From: Longimicrobiales bacterium
GTDB taxonomy: Bacteria > Gemmatimonadota > Gemmatimonadetes > Longimicrobiales > Gaopeijiaceae
Direction of reading: 5' to 3'
Assembly: GCA_965202985.1 (NCBI GenBank)
Contig: CBDBCF010000001.1
Coordinates: 1,088,001 to 1,152,000 of the forward strand
DNA: 64,000 nucleotides
Below, in pieces: positions 9,478 to 21,495 of this stretch; positions within the stretch are counted from its first letter, which is position 1; each line of letters starts with the position of its first letter. A program made the translations under genes and the position numbers. Under the pieces are notes generated by a model, which worked only from the letters and a program-made list of their open reading frames with translations, was not told the origin of the DNA and did no database searches.

Positions 9478-11757
9478 GTGGAGCGGGTTCGGATCGTTGC
9501 TGCATGGGCGGCGCTGACCGCGGCGACGCCGGCCGTTGCGCCGCTGGCGGCCGACGGCATGATGCAGTCGGGCCGCCAAGAGGTCGCGTCGGTGGAGTTC
9601 GCCGGGAACACGGCCTTCACCGACCGCGAGCTTCGGCGCGCCATCCGCACCCAGCCGTCCTCGTGTCCGCTCGTGCTGGCGGTCACCACGTGCGCGCTGG
9701 GGATCGACTGGGGCCGCGACCGCTTCTACCACAGCAGCCGCATCTTGGCGGACGACGCGGAGCGCCTCGTCTACCTTTACCGGGCTCACGGATTTCGCCG
9801 AGCGGCCGTGGACACCGAGATCGCGTCCACAGGCGACGACGTGGCCGTTCGCTTTCTGATCGACGAGGGCGAGCCCTACCGAGTGGGCTCCATCAACTTC
9901 GCGGGCGATCCAACGCCCCCGGAGCTGGATATCGGGGCCGGCCTGCCGATCGGCGTGGGCGATCCGCTGAGCTTCCTCTACCTGGGACAGGCCTCCGACA
10001 CGCTGGCTCGACGCCTCCGAGATTCGGGCTATGCGTTCGCCGAGGTGTTCCGGCGGTTCCGCCTGCCGGCCGGCAGCGACACGGCCACGGTCACGTACAA
10101 CATCGAGCTCGGCCCGTTGGCGACGATCGGGCCCGTCCGGGTCGCGGGAAACCGCCTGCTGGGCGACGAGGTCGTGCTGAATCGCCTGCCGTTTCGCGAA
10201 GGAGATCGCTACCGGGAGCGCCAGATCCGCGAGGCGCAACGCAGCCTGCACGAGATGGAGATCGTCGCGCGGGCGTTGGTGCGGGTGGACACCGCGCGGG
10301 CTCAAACGGACTCGGTGGTGCCGATCGTGGTCGAAGTCGTGGAGGGCGACCTGCACCGGGTCCGGGCGGGCGGAGGCCTCAACAGCGCCGAATGCCTCAA
10401 CGTCGAAGGGCTGTGGGCAAGCCGGAGCTTCTTCGGCGGGGGCAGGCTGCTTCAAGCGCGCGCCCGCTTGTCCAACCTGCTGGCCGGCGCCCTCAACTCG
10501 TCGCCCCTGTGCTCGCAGGCCGGAACCGGCGAGTACGGCCGAATCAACTGGGCCGCCAGTCTGGACTTCAACCAGCCGGCGTTCCTGTCGTCCAGGACCC
10601 GCATCTTCGGCGGCGTCTTCGCGGAACGGCAGTCGCAGAAGAACATCTTCGTCCGAGACGCTTTCGGAGTGGACCTCGGCCTGAGCCGGAGCGTGGGCGC
10701 CGGCAGCGTGGTCGGGGTTCGGTTCCGCCCCGAGCTGAGCCGGCTGGCCGCTGCCGAAGTCACCCTCTGCGCCACCTTCCTGGCATGCGCGTCCGCCGAC
10801 GTGGCCGCGCTGGCCGAATCGACCTGGCTCACGCCCCTGGCGTTGTCGTTCGCGCTGGACCGGACCGTGGGCGTCCTCAGCCCGCGCCGGGGGGTTCGGG
10901 CGCTGCTGGACCTGGAGTACACGGGCAAGGCCACGGGGTCCGACTTCGCCTACTTCCGCGCCTTCGCCGACGGCAGCGTCTACCGCGAAATCGACGCAAG
11001 CACCGTGTTGGCCGTCCGGTTGCGTGCAGGACGAATCCGGCCCGGCAGCCAGGAACTGCTCTCCACCGACGGCGAGCGCGCACACTTCGGACCTTCGTAC
11101 CTGGTGCCTGCTCAGAAGCGGTTCTACGGCGGCGGCGCCAGCAGCGTCCGGGGGTTTGCGCAGAGCACCTTGGGGCCGCGCAGCCTGTCGATCGGCGTGG
11201 AGCAGCTGCTTCGCCGACGCGTACCCGGCGGAGAGCCGGCGTGCGTTCCCGCGGCGGTGCGCGACCTGACGTGCGACGGGTCCCCGCTGGCCGGATCGAA
11301 CCTCTTCCAGCTTCGCCCCGTCGGCGGGATGGGAACGCTGGAAGCCAGCGCCGAACTGCGCTTCGGCATCGGCGGAAGTCCCCTGGGGGGCGCGGCGTTC
11401 GTTGACGTGGGCCAGGTCTGGCCGAGCGGGATTCGGCTGGACGGCCTGGAGGTGGCCCCCGGCGTCGGCGTTCGCTACGACACCGCGTTCGGCCCCGTCC
11501 GGCTGGACGTGGCGTACTCGTTCCGGGACCCGGAGCGCCTCCAAGTGGTCACGTCCCAGATCCGCCCCTTCGCCGCGGGTCGGGACGACGCGGCGGATCG
11601 GATCGACATCGCCTCGCCCGACGGCGCCGGCGAGTACATCGACTGGGTGGTTTCCGAGGATTTGGCGCTGCTGGAGCCGCCGGTTCTGTTCGGCGACGAA
11701 CGGGGGTTCTCGTTGCGCCGCTTCCAGCTCCACTTCTCGATCGGGCAGGCGTTCTGA
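9478..11757 (+). CDS. tamA: BamA/TamA family (Omp85) outer-membrane protein
   Basis: POTRA-like N-terminus (FAGNTAFTDREL), RFYGGGASSVRGF, FVDVGQVW, GPVRLDVAY, C-terminal SIGQAF; next to a TamB-like gene. Confidence 0.88.
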   Translation: MERVRIVAAWAALTAATPAVAPLAADGMMQSGRQEVASVEFAGNTAFTDRELRRAIRTQPSSCPLVLAVTTCALGIDWGRDRFYHSSRILADDAERLVYLYRAHGFRRAAVDTEIASTGDDVAVRFLIDEGEPYRVGSINFAGDPTPPELDIGAGLPIGVGDPLSFLYLGQASDTLARRLRDSGYAFAEVFRRFRLPAGSDTATVTYNIELGPLATIGPVRVAGNRLLGDEVVLNRLPFREGDRYRERQIREAQRSLHEMEIVARALVRVDTARAQTDSVVPIVVEVVEGDLHRVRAGGGLNSAECLNVEGLWASRSFFGGGRLLQARARLSNLLAGALNSSPLCSQAGTGEYGRINWAASLDFNQPAFLSSRTRIFGGVFAERQSQKNIFVRDAFGVDLGLSRSVGAGSVVGVRFRPELSRLAAAEVTLCATFLACASADVAALAESTWLTPLALSFALDRTVGVLSPRRGVRALLDLEYTGKATGSDFAYFRAFADGSVYREIDASTVLAVRLRAGRIRPGSQELLSTDGERAHFGPSYLVPAQKRFYGGGASSVRGFAQSTLGPRSLSIGVEQLLRRRVPGGEPACVPAAVRDLTCDGSPLAGSNLFQLRPVGGMGTLEASAELRFGIGGSPLGGAAFVDVGQVWPSGIRLDGLEVAPGVGVRYDTAFGPVRLDVAYSFRDPERLQVVTSQIRPFAAGRDDAADRIDIASPDGAGEYIDWVVSEDLALLEPPVLFGDERGFSLRRFQLHFSIGQAF

Positions 11758-11791
11758 AGATGGCGTCGAGTCCGGGCGCGGGGTTCGGTCG

Positions 11792-14700
11792 GTGACGGCT
11801 TCCGGACGCGCGAAGCGCCGCAACCGAGTGCGGCGTTCCTTGCTGTGGACGGCAGCGGCGATCGGCACGGTCCTGGTTGCGGGGGCCGTCGGCGCGATGC
11901 TGTTGACCCGCACGCCGAAGGGTCGCGATCTGGCCCTGGAGTGGGCGATGGGCCGCCTGCGGCCGCTCGTGGCGCCCTCGGCGCAGCTGCACGTGGGCTC
12001 GGTGGGGCCGGGAGGGCTGCTGGGCGGCGCCGTACTTCACGACGTGCGCATCGAAGACGCCACCGGGCGAGCAGCGCTTGCCGCGGACTCGGTTCGGGCC
12101 CGCTACTCGCTCTTCGAGCTGCTGGGGAGCGCGCCGGGGGTGGCCGGACTGCGCGTGTGGTCGCCCCGCGTGGTGCTGGCGCCCGGGGCCGGCCTGGGAG
12201 ACCTGTTCGCCAGCGCCGACGACGACCCGGACGGCCCGAGCGACCCGAACGGCCCGGACCCGGAGGGCGACGCCGGTTCGGCGTTCGTCGTGCGGGGCGC
12301 TCGGATCCACGACGGGCTGGTGGTCCAACATACCGAGCAGGGCGGCGAACGGCGCATCGAGGGGATCGAAGCCGCCTTCCGTCGCATCGACGCGCGTCCC
12401 CGCCCCGGAGTTGGCCTCAGTGCCCGTGTGGACAGCGCGGCCGTCCGCTACCGACTGGCCGGGGGGCGCGGAGATGCGCTCCCGGTCTCTGCGGCGGCGG
12501 GCGTCCTGGAGTACACGGACGACGGCATCGTGCTGGAGGCCCGTCGCTTTCGGCTCCGCGGCTCGGTGGGTTCGGGAAGAGCCGTCGCCCGTCGCGACCC
12601 GAGCGGCGCGTGGACGACGGCGCTGGAGCTGCGCGAAGGGCAGCTGGCCTTGGCCGACTTGGCGTGGATCGACCCGCGGCTCGACCGAGGGACCGTCCAA
12701 CTGGAGGGCGGCCGGGTCGGCTCGGGGCCGGCGGGTCTGTCCGTGGACGCGGCCCACGCCGAGGTGCGCTTGGACGGCGGGCGCCTGGAACTGTCCGGCG
12801 GCTTCTCGCGAGCCGGCGGCGGGCGGCGGAGCGCCGGCAGCTTTCGGGCGCTGAACGTCGGGTCCGACGGCTTGACCCCCGACGAGGCGTGGCGATGGCT
12901 TCCCCGGCCACGGGGCCTATCCCGCGCCGTGCCCCGGCGAGGCGTCTTCGCAGGCAGCATCCAGCTGAACGGCCCGCTGGACCGGCTCGTCGTCAGCGGC
13001 GCGCTGGCCGTCCTTGGCGAACGCGGAGACACCGTGGCCCAAGTCTCCGGCGACGGCACGTTCGCGGGCGCCGGCCCGGTTCGCGATATGCGCATCGAAG
13101 CTTCCGCGCCGGACGGCCGCTTCGCCCAAGCTCTGTTCCCGCAGCTCCCGGGCGAGGGCTGGAGCGACTTCCGCGGACGCGCCCAAGGCGGTTTGTCCAC
13201 GGGCCTGCACGTCGCGCTGGAAGCCCGCCGCGCCTCCACGATCTATCCCCCAGCCGCCGGCGCGGCACCCGACTCGATCGGCTTCGAGGGAACGCTCTTC
13301 GGCGCATCCCAGGTGGACTCCTTGGCGGGCCGCTTGGCCCTCGACCCGGCGTCCGTGCCCCGCCTCGGCGCCGTTCGGGGAACCGTCGCGCTCTCCGGCC
13401 CGATCGAGCGCCTGAACGCCGAAGCCGCCTTGGAGACGGACGGCGGACCGCTGTTCGCGGAAGGACGGGTGAACCTGCGGAACATGTCCGCCGGCTACGA
13501 CGTGTCCGTGACCGCGCGCGACTTTCGCCTGTCGGAGGTGCTGGCGCAGGCGCCCGCGCCCACGGTCGTGTCGGCGACGGCCAGCCTCTCGGGAAGCGGG
13601 CTGGACCTGGCGACCGCAGAGGGCGTCCTGGAGGTGGCCGCCGGCCGCTCCTCGGTTGCCCAAGTGCCGGTGGACACGGTGGACGCACGCCTGCGAGCCG
13701 AGAACGGACGCCTCCACCTGGACGCGTTCTTCGCCCAAGCGGGAGGCATCGTCTTCCGGGGAGCGGGCGACCTGGCCGCGTCGGCCGCCGCCTTGGCCGC
13801 CCGGCCCGCCGCCGAGCGCGACGACGGCGTCGAGATCGCCTTCTCGGCCCCGTCGATCGCTCCGCTTCGCCCCCTCCTCATGGACGAGCCCCTCGTCGCC
13901 ATGGACGACCTCGTGCCCGGCATCGGCGCCGACGCCGCCCCCGCAGCCCGCGACCGTCGCTTCGGCGGCTCGGTGGACGGCCGCGTCCGGCTGTCGGGCC
14001 ACCTGGGCCCCGGCGGGCTCGCGGCGGAAGTCACGGCCGCCTTTCGCGACTTGGAGTACGGGGCGCGCTCCGCCAGGGCGCTCGACTTGGACGTGTCGGC
14101 AGGGGGACGGCCCCTGGTCGCCACGGGCAACGCCAGGGCGGATTCGGTCGTGGTCGGCAGGTTCCGCTTCCGTTCGGCCGGCGCCGAAGGCACATACGCG
14201 CCAAACGCCGGTCGCATCGCCGTCGGCCGCGGGCGTCTGCACGTCCGCGCTGCCCGCTCCGACGACGAGTCCTACGAAGGCCAAGCCGTCGTGCGCCTGG
14301 GAGACGACGAGGGCCGGATCGACCTTGACCGCCTCTTCTTGGTCTTCGGCCAACGCCGTTGGAGCTTGGCCGGACCCGCCCGCTTCGAATGGGACCCGGA
14401 ATCGCTCCACGTCCGCGACTTCGACCTCGTCCGTCCGGGGGCACCGGGCTTGCGGCTGCACGCGGCCGGCCGATTGGCCACGACGCGGGGCGAGTCCGAC
14501 TTCAAGCTGGACGCCCGCGACCTGGACCTGGCCTTGGCCGGCCGTCTTCTTCACCTCGACGCCCCCCTCGAAGGCGTCCTTTCGGCGCGCCTCCGGGCCG
14601 CCGGAGACGCCGCCGACCCCCAATGGGAGGGCGACCTTCGGATCGACAACGCCAGCTTCCGCAGCCTGCGCTTCGACCGGATCGCGGCCAACGGAAGCTA

Positions 14701-16255
14701 CGCCGAGCGCGCCGTCGAGCTCCGCGCCGAATCGTGGACGGGCGACAAGAAGACCTTGGCCGTGAACGGGACCGCGCCCCTGGACCTGCGCTTGACCGGC
14801 GTACAGGACCGGGTCCCGGACGAGGCGCTCGACCTGAACGCCGTCGCCGACTCCTTCCCGCTCGCCCTGCTCCTGGGGGGCATGACAAGCCTGGAGGGCG
14901 TGGTCGGCCACGTGTCGGGTTCGGTTGCGGTCAAGGGGCGTCCGGTCGCTCCAGCCCCCTCGGGCACGCTTCGCGTCGAGAACGGCGCAGCCTTCGTGGC
15001 CCCGCTGGGCGTGGCGCTCTCCGACGCCCAGGCCCGCCTGACGCTTCGCCCCGACGGGATCGTGGCCGTCGAGGCCTCGGCAAGCTCCGGCGGCGACGTG
15101 CAGGTGCGCGGAACGGTGGACGCCAGCCGCCCCGCCGACCCGGTGTTCGACTTGGCGTTCTGGCCTCGGGAGCTGCAAGTCGTGGACCGTCGCGACATGG
15201 AGGCGGCCGTGAGCGGCGATTCCGTCGCCCTCACCGGCCCGTTCTCGGCGCCGTTCGTGGAGGGCGCCCTGAACGTGGACGACGGCACCGTGTTCCTGGA
15301 GGAGTTCCAGCGCTCCGCGCAGACCGTGGACATCTACGACCGGGCGCTCTTCGACGCGGCCACCGCGCGGATCGGCGCCGGGAGCGTCGGCGTTCGGAGC
15401 CGGAACCCGTTTCTGGCCAACCTGCGCGTCCTGGTGCAGATGCACGTGGGCCGCGGAAGCTGGCTGCGGTCGCACAACATGAACATCGAGACCGAGGGCG
15501 ACTTGGAGGTCATCTTCGACCGCCAGGCCAACCAGCTCGTCCTCCTGGGATCGGTGGACGTGGTTCGGGGCACCTACGGCTTGGCCAACCGCAACTTCAC
15601 CATGACCGACGGCGAGTTCCGCTTCGTGGGAACGCCGGGCTTCAACCCCAACATCTCCCTGTCGGCCCAGAGCCGCCTGCGCGCCCGCGACGGCCGACCG
15701 ATGACGATCAACGCGGACATCTCGGGCACGCTGCTGGCGCCCGACATGACCCCGTCCAGCGACGCGGGCGCGCTCGTCTCCGAGGACGACCTGTACAGCT
15801 ACCTCTTCGTGGGCCAGCCGGCGTCGGCGCTCGTGGGCCAAGCCCCGACGGCCTCGGTCGGCGCGGGAATGAACCTCCTGGTGGGCCAAGCCGCCAACCA
15901 GATCGGCTACCTGCTGGCCCAGCAGCTCAGCCTGGACCACTTGTCCGTCTCCCAGGCCGAGCAGGGCGTGGCCAACGCCGCCTTCGGCGCCTCGTCCCTC
16001 CAGGTCGAGGCCGGCCGATACTTGCTCGACAACGTCTTCCTCACCGGCGTGTACCAGCGGGGATACTGCGCGGACCCGACGCTGCCCGTGAACAGCCGGG
16101 GCGTCCGCGTCGAGGTGGGGTTGCCGAAGGACGTGACCCTTGAAGGATTCGTAGAAGACAGGTGTACTAGAGAAGGCTTCCGCGGGCTGGGGGGACTTTC
16201 CCTTCAGCTGGCCCGGATCTGGGGGTTTTCCCTGTTCCGGGAGTGGAGCTACTAA
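11792..16255 (+). CDS. tamB: Translocation/assembly module TamB-like protein
   Basis: About 1490 aa, single N-terminal TM, long beta-rich body and DUF490-like C-terminus (ISGTLLAP...[19 protein letters not shown]). Start estimated. Confidence 0.85.
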   Translation: MTASGRAKRRNRVRRSLLWTAAAIGTVLVAGAVGAMLLTRTPKGRDLALEWAMGRLRPLVAPSAQLHVGSVGPGGLLGGAVLHDVRIEDATGRAALAADSVRARYSLFELLGSAPGVAGLRVWSPRVVLAPGAGLGDLFASADDDPDGPSDPNGPDPEGDAGSAFVVRGARIHDGLVVQHTEQGGERRIEGIEAAFRRIDARPRPGVGLSARVDSAAVRYRLAGGRGDALPVSAAAGVLEYTDDGIVLEARRFRLRGSVGSGRAVARRDPSGAWTTALELREGQLALADLAWIDPRLDRGTVQLEGGRVGSGPAGLSVDAAHAEVRLDGGRLELSGGFSRAGGGRRSAGSFRALNVGSDGLTPDEAWRWLPRPRGLSRAVPRRGVFAGSIQLNGPLDRLVVSGALAVLGERGDTVAQVSGDGTFAGAGPVRDMRIEASAPDGRFAQALFPQLPGEGWSDFRGRAQGGLSTGLHVALEARRASTIYPPAAGAAPDSIGFEGTLFGASQVDSLAGRLALDPASVPRLGAVRGTVALSGPIERLNAEAALETDGGPLFAEGRVNLRNMSAGYDVSVTARDFRLSEVLAQAPAPTVVSATASLSGSGLDLATAEGVLEVAAGRSSVAQVPVDTVDARLRAENGRLHLDAFFAQAGGIVFRGAGDLAASAAALAARPAAERDDGVEIAFSAPSIAPLRPLLMDEPLVAMDDLVPGIGADAAPAARDRRFGGSVDGRVRLSGHLGPGGLAAEVTAAFRDLEYGARSARALDLDVSAGGRPLVATGNARADSVVVGRFRFRSAGAEGTYAPNAGRIAVGRGRLHVRAARSDDESYEGQAVVRLGDDEGRIDLDRLFLVFGQRRWSLAGPARFEWDPESLHVRDFDLVRPGAPGLRLHAAGRLATTRGESDFKLDARDLDLALAGRLLHLDAPLEGVLSARLRAAGDAADPQWEGDLRIDNASFRSLRFDRIAANGSYAERAVELRAESWTGDKKTLAVNGTAPLDLRLTGVQDRVPDEALDLNAVADSFPLALLLGGMTSLEGVVGHVSGSVAVKGRPVAPAPSGTLRVENGAAFVAPLGVALSDAQARLTLRPDGIVAVEASASSGGDVQVRGTVDASRPADPVFDLAFWPRELQVVDRRDMEAAVSGDSVALTGPFSAPFVEGALNVDDGTVFLEEFQRSAQTVDIYDRALFDAATARIGAGSVGVRSRNPFLANLRVLVQMHVGRGSWLRSHNMNIETEGDLEVIFDRQANQLVLLGSVDVVRGTYGLANRNFTMTDGEFRFVGTPGFNPNISLSAQSRLRARDGRPMTINADISGTLLAPDMTPSSDAGALVSEDDLYSYLFVGQPASALVGQAPTASVGAGMNLLVGQAANQIGYLLAQQLSLDHLSVSQAEQGVANAAFGASSLQVEAGRYLLDNVFLTGVYQRGYCADPTLPVNSRGVRVEVGLPKDVTLEGFVEDRCTREGFRGLGGLSLQLARIWGFSLFREWSY

Positions 16256-16278
16256 CCCTTCGACAAGGATTTCGACAG

Positions 16279-17139
16279 ATGCGGGTCTTCGTTCTCATGG
16301 CCGGGCTTGCGGCCTTCGCCGCCTTCGCGGGCGGCTTGCTGGGCGGCCAGAGCGGCGCCGTCCTGGCCTTCGGCTTCGCCGTGGCCGCCAACGTCGGCAT
16401 GTACTGGTTCTCGGACCGTGCCGTCCTGCGCATGTACAAGGCGCGGATCGTCGGCCCCGCGGACGCGCCCGGCCTCTACGAGATGGTGGACCGACTGCGG
16501 CGACGGGCCGGCCTGCCGATGCCCACGGTGGCGATCGCTCCCTCGGCGCAGCCCAACGCCTTCGCCACGGGCCGCAGCCCGTCCAAGTCGGTCGTGTGCT
16601 TCACGCGGGGCATCCTCGAGGCGCTGTCTCCCAGCGAGCTCGAGGGCGTGACGGCGCACGAGCTGGCCCACGTCAAGCACCGCCACATGCTTGCGGGCAC
16701 CGTGGCCGCGACCATGGCCGGCACGATCGGCATCCTGGCCAGCATGGCCCGCTGGGGCGCCGTCCTGGGCGGAGGCGACGAGGACGACAACATCCTGGTC
16801 GTCCTGGCGATGTCGATCGTGGCCCCCCTTGGCGCCGCCGTCGTCCAGATGGCGATCAGCCGCCAGAACGAGTTCCAGGCCGACCGCACGGGCGGCCGGA
16901 TCGCCGGCAACCCCCTCTACCTGGCGAACGCCCTCCAGCGGCTGGACCGCGCGGCCCGCCGAATCCCCATGCGCGTCAACCCGGCGGCGGCCCAGCTGGC
17001 GATCGTGAACCCCCTGACGGGCCGAAAGCGCGGCCTCGCGGGGCTGTTCAGCACCCACCCGCCCACCGAAGAGCGGGTGGCCAAGCTGGTCGCGCAGGCC
17101 CGGCAGGCCGAGTCGCCCCGGCGGGTCCGGCGCCGTTGA
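16279..17139 (+). CDS. htpX: Zinc metalloprotease HtpX (M48)
   Basis: [44 protein letters not shown]. Confidence 0.96.
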   Translation: MRVFVLMAGLAAFAAFAGGLLGGQSGAVLAFGFAVAANVGMYWFSDRAVLRMYKARIVGPADAPGLYEMVDRLRRRAGLPMPTVAIAPSAQPNAFATGRSPSKSVVCFTRGILEALSPSELEGVTAHELAHVKHRHMLAGTVAATMAGTIGILASMARWGAVLGGGDEDDNILVVLAMSIVAPLGAAVVQMAISRQNEFQADRTGGRIAGNPLYLANALQRLDRAARRIPMRVNPAAAQLAIVNPLTGRKRGLAGLFSTHPPTEERVAKLVAQARQAESPRRVRRR

Positions 17140-20039
17140 GCCGCAAGCACCTGGTCGTTCGCGGCGCCCGCGAACACAACCTCAAGAACATCTCCCTGGA
17201 GATCCCCCGGGAGCGCTTGGTCGTCGTCACCGGCTTGTCGGGCTCGGGCAAGTCCTCTCTGGCGTTCGACACCATCTACGCCGAAGGCCAGCGGCGCTAC
17301 ATCGAGTCCCTGTCGGCGTACGCCCGGCAGTTCCTGGGCATGATGGAGAAGCCCGACGTGGACGTGATCGAAGGGCTGTCGCCCGCGATCTCGATCGAGC
17401 AGAAGACGGTGTCCAGGAACCCCCGTTCCACCGTGGGCACGGTGACGGAGATCTACGACTACCTGCGCCTCCTCTACGCCCGAGCCGGCACGCCCTACTG
17501 CCCGGAGTGCGACCTGCCGATCCGCCGCCAGCCGGCCAGCCAGATCGTGACGCGGCTCCTGGAGATGGAAGAAGGCACGCGCATTCAGGTCGTCGCCCCG
17601 CTGGTTCGGGGGCGCAAGGGCGAGTTCCGCGACGTCTTCGAGCGCGCCCGGCGCGACGGCTTCGTCCGAGCGCTGGTGGACGGCAAGGTGCACGACTTGG
17701 CCCGCGTGCCGCCCCTGGCGCGCTACGAGAACCACGACGTGGGGATCGTGGTGGACCGGCTGGTGATCCGGGAACGGGACCGGGCGCGCCTGTCGGACTC
17801 GGTGGAGACCGCGCTGCGGGCCGCGGACGGCGTGGTGCAGATCCTGGAACGCCGGGGCCGCAAGGACGTGTCCCACCTCTTCAGCGAGCACTACGCCTGC
17901 GCCGGTTGCGGGATCAGCTTTCCCGAACTGGAGCCGCGCGTCTTTTCCTTCAACTCGCCTCACGGCGCCTGCGCGGAGTGCGGAGGACTGGGCACCGCCA
18001 AGGAAGTGGACGGGGCGCTGCTGCTGGCCAGCCATTCGTTGTCGATCCTGGAGGGCGCGATCATCCCGTGGGGCGATCCCGGCGGCCACCTGCGCCGCTC
18101 GGTCATCCCCGGGCTGGCCAAGGCGTACGAGTTCGACCCTCGCACTCCCTGGCGCGACCTGTCCAAGGAGGCCCGGGACGCGCTGCTGCTGGGGTCGGGC
18201 AACTTGAAGATCCGCTTTCCCTACAAGGCCGGAAAGATGAGCGGCCACTACGAGGACTACTGGGAGGGCGTGGTGGCCAACGTGGAGCGTCGCTACCGCG
18301 AGACCACGTCCGAGCACGTGCGGGAGCAGCTGGAGCGGTACATGTCCAGCCGGACGTGCGGCGCGTGCGAAGGATCGCGACTGGGGCCGTTCGCCCGATC
18401 CGTGCGCGTGGGCGGCGCCCCGATCAGCGCCGTGGCCTCCCTCTCCGTGCAGGACGCCCTGGCGTTCGCCCGCTCGCTGCCCGTGGCGGGCCAGCCCGTG
18501 CCGCCGGACATCGAGCCCGCACCGGGCGACCCTCTGTCGGCGGAGGTCGCCGGCCCCATCCTGAAAGAGGTCCGGGAGCGGCTCGGGTTCCTGCGCAACG
18601 TGGGCTTGGGCTATCTGTCGCTGGGGCGCTCCGCCGACACGCTGTCGGGCGGCGAGTCGCAGCGGATCCGCTTGGCCACCCAGATCGGGAGCCGGCTGGT
18701 CGGCGTGCTCTACATCCTGGACGAGCCGTCGATCGGGCTCCATCAGCGCGACAACCACCGCCTGCTGCGCACGCTGGAGTCGCTTCGAGACCTGGGCAAC
18801 TCGGTGCTGGTGGTGGAGCACGACGAGGACACGATCCGTGCCGCCGACCACGTCGTGGACCTGGGACCGGGGGCGGGCCGCGCAGGCGGCGAAGTCGTGG
18901 CGGCGGGCGCCGTGGCGGACCTCTGCGCCCAGCCCGCGTCGGTCACGGGCAAGTACCTGCGGGGCGACTTGGAGATCGCCGTGCCGGAGCGCAGGCGGCC
19001 GGTGGACGAAGCGCGGTCGCTCGTGGTGCGGGGCGCGGCCGAGCACAACCTGAAGCGGATCGACGCCGCCTTCCCCCTGGGCTGCTTCGTGGCGGTCACG
19101 GGCGTGAGCGGATCGGGCAAGTCCACGCTGGTCAACGCCACCCTCTACCGCGCGCTCTCGCGCCACCTCTACCGCAGCCGAACGGTCGCCGGCGCGCACG
19201 ACCGCATCGAAGGCCTGTCCGCTGTGGACAAGGTCATCGAGGTGGACCAGTCGCCGATCGGCCGAACGCCCCGCTCCAACCCGGCCACCTACACGGGCCT
19301 CTTCACGCCGGTCCGCCAGCTGTTCGCTGGCCTGCCCGAGGCCCAGGTCCGCGGCTACGCCGCCGGCCGCTTCTCCTTCAACGTGCACGGCGGACGCTGC
19401 GAGGCCTGCCAGGGCGACGGCCTGGTCAAGATCGAAATGCACTTCCTGCCCGACGTGTACGTGTCGTGCGACGTGTGCCGAGGGCGACGCTACAACCGCG
19501 AGACCTTGGACGTGCACTACAAGGGCCGGAACATAGCCGACGTGCTGGAGATGACCGTGGACGAGGCGCTGGAGTTCTTCGACGCGGTGCCCCAGATCCA
19601 GCGCCGCCTGCGCACCTTGTCGGACGTGGGGCTGGGGTACGTGCACCTTGGACAGCCCGCCACCACGCTGTCGGGCGGCGAAGCCCAGCGGATCAAGTTG
19701 TCGTCCGAACTGTCCAAGCGGTCCACCGGCCGGACCGTTTACATCTTGGACGAGCCGACCACGGGCCTGCACTTCGAGGACGTGCGCGTGCTGCTGCAGG
19801 TCCTGCACCAGCTGGTGGACCGCGGCAACACGGTCGTGGTCATCGAGCACAACCTGCACGTCGTGAAGACGGCGGACTGGGTACTGGACTTGGGACCCGA
19901 GGGCGGCGACGGCGGCGGCCGCGTCGTGGCCCAGTGCGCTCCCGAAGAGCTGGCTCGCGTGCCCGAGTCCTACACCGGCCAGTTCCTGGCGCCCCTGCTG
20001 CGCCCGATCCCTTCCAAGCGCGCGGCGGCCCGCGGGTGA
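17136..20039 (+). CDS. uvrA: Excinuclease ABC subunit UvrA
   Basis: [34 protein letters not shown], second GVSGSGKS, two LSGGE signatures and Zn-finger CxxC pairs; TTG start overlaps the htpX stop. Confidence 0.98.
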   Translation: MSRKHLVVRGAREHNLKNISLEIPRERLVVVTGLSGSGKSSLAFDTIYAEGQRRYIESLSAYARQFLGMMEKPDVDVIEGLSPAISIEQKTVSRNPRSTVGTVTEIYDYLRLLYARAGTPYCPECDLPIRRQPASQIVTRLLEMEEGTRIQVVAPLVRGRKGEFRDVFERARRDGFVRALVDGKVHDLARVPPLARYENHDVGIVVDRLVIRERDRARLSDSVETALRAADGVVQILERRGRKDVSHLFSEHYACAGCGISFPELEPRVFSFNSPHGACAECGGLGTAKEVDGALLLASHSLSILEGAIIPWGDPGGHLRRSVIPGLAKAYEFDPRTPWRDLSKEARDALLLGSGNLKIRFPYKAGKMSGHYEDYWEGVVANVERRYRETTSEHVREQLERYMSSRTCGACEGSRLGPFARSVRVGGAPISAVASLSVQDALAFARSLPVAGQPVPPDIEPAPGDPLSAEVAGPILKEVRERLGFLRNVGLGYLSLGRSADTLSGGESQRIRLATQIGSRLVGVLYILDEPSIGLHQRDNHRLLRTLESLRDLGNSVLVVEHDEDTIRAADHVVDLGPGAGRAGGEVVAAGAVADLCAQPASVTGKYLRGDLEIAVPERRRPVDEARSLVVRGAAEHNLKRIDAAFPLGCFVAVTGVSGSGKSTLVNATLYRALSRHLYRSRTVAGAHDRIEGLSAVDKVIEVDQSPIGRTPRSNPATYTGLFTPVRQLFAGLPEAQVRGYAAGRFSFNVHGGRCEACQGDGLVKIEMHFLPDVYVSCDVCRGRRYNRETLDVHYKGRNIADVLEMTVDEALEFFDAVPQIQRRLRTLSDVGLGYVHLGQPATTLSGGEAQRIKLSSELSKRSTGRTVYILDEPTTGLHFEDVRVLLQVLHQLVDRGNTVVVIEHNLHVVKTADWVLDLGPEGGDGGGRVVAQCAPEELARVPESYTGQFLAPLLRPIPSKRAAARG

Positions 20040-20154
20040 AGCGGCTCTGGCGCGCCGTCGTCCAGCCGGGCCCGCGTCGGTGCCTGCCGGACCGGCGCAT
20101 GTTAGCTTTTCCCGAACCCGAAGCCACGGGCGTCCGCACGACACGGAGAACACG

Positions 20155-20571
20155 ATGGTTACCCGAGAAGACGTAGAGAGCTACCTGATCCGCATGGACG
20201 CGGACTTCGACGAAGTGGACGACGGCATGTTCCTCGTCCGCACCGAGAACGAAGGCGCGCCGATCGTCGTGCACCACTCCGAGCCGCTCCTGCTCGTGCG
20301 CATGAAGGTCATGGACCTGCCCGGCGACGGCGCGGAGGCCGACGGCCTGGCCCCGCTCTACGAGACGCTGCTCCGGCTGAACGCCACCGACGTGGTTCAC
20401 GGGGCGTACGGGATCGAAGAAGGCGAGCTGATCCTGTGCGACACGCTGCAACTCGGCACGCTGGACTTCGAGGAGCTTCGGGCGTCCTTGGAAAGCATCC
20501 AGCTGGCCGCGACGACCCACGTCTCTCGGATCAAGGAGCTGTCCGGACAGGAGGGGACAACTAGATCATGA
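20155..20571 (+). CDS. CesT/YbjN-like (type III chaperone fold) protein
   Basis: 138-aa acidic protein with LYETLLRLNATDVVHGAYGIE..LILCDTLQLGTLDFEEL; GGAG RBS; coupled (ATGA) to pspA. Confidence 0.72.
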   Translation: MVTREDVESYLIRMDADFDEVDDGMFLVRTENEGAPIVVHHSEPLLLVRMKVMDLPGDGAEADGLAPLYETLLRLNATDVVHGAYGIEEGELILCDTLQLGTLDFEELRASLESIQLAATTHVSRIKELSGQEGTTRS

Positions 20572-21482
20572 GCATATTCAGCAAGTTCTCGACGATGATC
20601 CGGTCCAACATCAACGACCTGATCTCCCGGGCCGAAAACCCGGAGAAGATGCTGAACCAGATCATCTTGGACATGCGCGACCAGCTGGCCAAGTCCAAGC
20701 GCGAAGTGGCGTCGGCGATCGCGGACGAACGCAAGCTCAAGACGCAGCTGGACGGCGAACGCAAGCAGGTGCGGGACTGGGAGCACCGCGCCATGCTCGC
20801 CATCAACGAGGGTCGCGACGACTTGGCCAAGCAAGCGCTCTTCCGGCAGCAGGAGCACGGCGACCGGGCGGCCGCTTTGGAGGGCACGTGGCAGGCCCAG
20901 GCGGACGAGACGGAGAAGCTGAAGGGGTCTCTTCGGCAGCTGAACGACAAGATCGAGGAAGCCAAGCGCAAGCGTAACCTCCTCATCGCCAAGCAGAAGA
21001 GGGCGCAGGCGCAGCGTCGCATTCACGAGACCATGTCCGGGCTGTCGGACACGTCCGCCTTCGACGCCTTCAACCGCATGGCCGACAAGATCGAGGAAGA
21101 GGAGCGTCGCAACCTGGCCCAGGCCGAGGTCAACGAGGCCCTGACCGGCGACACCTTGGAGACCGAGTTTCTCCGGCTGGAATCGGGTTCCAGCGACGCC
21201 GGCGTGGACGATCAGCTGGCCGCCCTGAAGGCCCGCATGGGGCTGCTGCCCAGCCCGGCCTCCGAGGCCCCCAAGCGGCTGGGAGCGGGAGCGAGAGGAG
21301 ACGCCGCAGCCGTCCGTCCGTCCGAAGGCGCCGGGTCGGAAGCGGGCGGCACCGACGGTGCGGGCACCGGGGACAGCGGCGAGGACGCGTCGGAGGACAG
21401 CGCCCCGCCGATCCGCGAGGCCGAGCTCCTGGAAGAGTTCGAGAAGCTGGAGCGAGAAGGGGGCGGCTCACCCCGTCCGTGA
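20568..21482 (+). CDS. pspA: PspA/IM30 (bacterial ESCRT-III) family protein with C-terminal extension
   Basis: MSIFSKFSTMIRSNINDLISRAENPEKMLNQ, coiled coil, AFDAFNRMADKIEE. Confidence 0.95.
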   Translation: MSIFSKFSTMIRSNINDLISRAENPEKMLNQIILDMRDQLAKSKREVASAIADERKLKTQLDGERKQVRDWEHRAMLAINEGRDDLAKQALFRQQEHGDRAAALEGTWQAQADETEKLKGSLRQLNDKIEEAKRKRNLLIAKQKRAQAQRRIHETMSGLSDTSAFDAFNRMADKIEEEERRNLAQAEVNEALTGDTLETEFLRLESGSSDAGVDDQLAALKARMGLLPSPASEAPKRLGAGARGDAAAVRPSEGAGSEAGGTDGAGTGDSGEDASEDSAPPIREAELLEEFEKLEREGGGSPRP

Positions 21483-21495
21483 GCGCGGCCCGTTC

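Noticed and set aside
6434..20176. Very long alternative-frame and antisense ORFs (e.g. 8350..11913 -, 12917..15940 -, 16917..20153 -, 17507..20176 +)
   Set aside because: Arg/Gly/Pro-rich or antisense shadows of well-supported genes, expected in high-GC DNA; no motifs.
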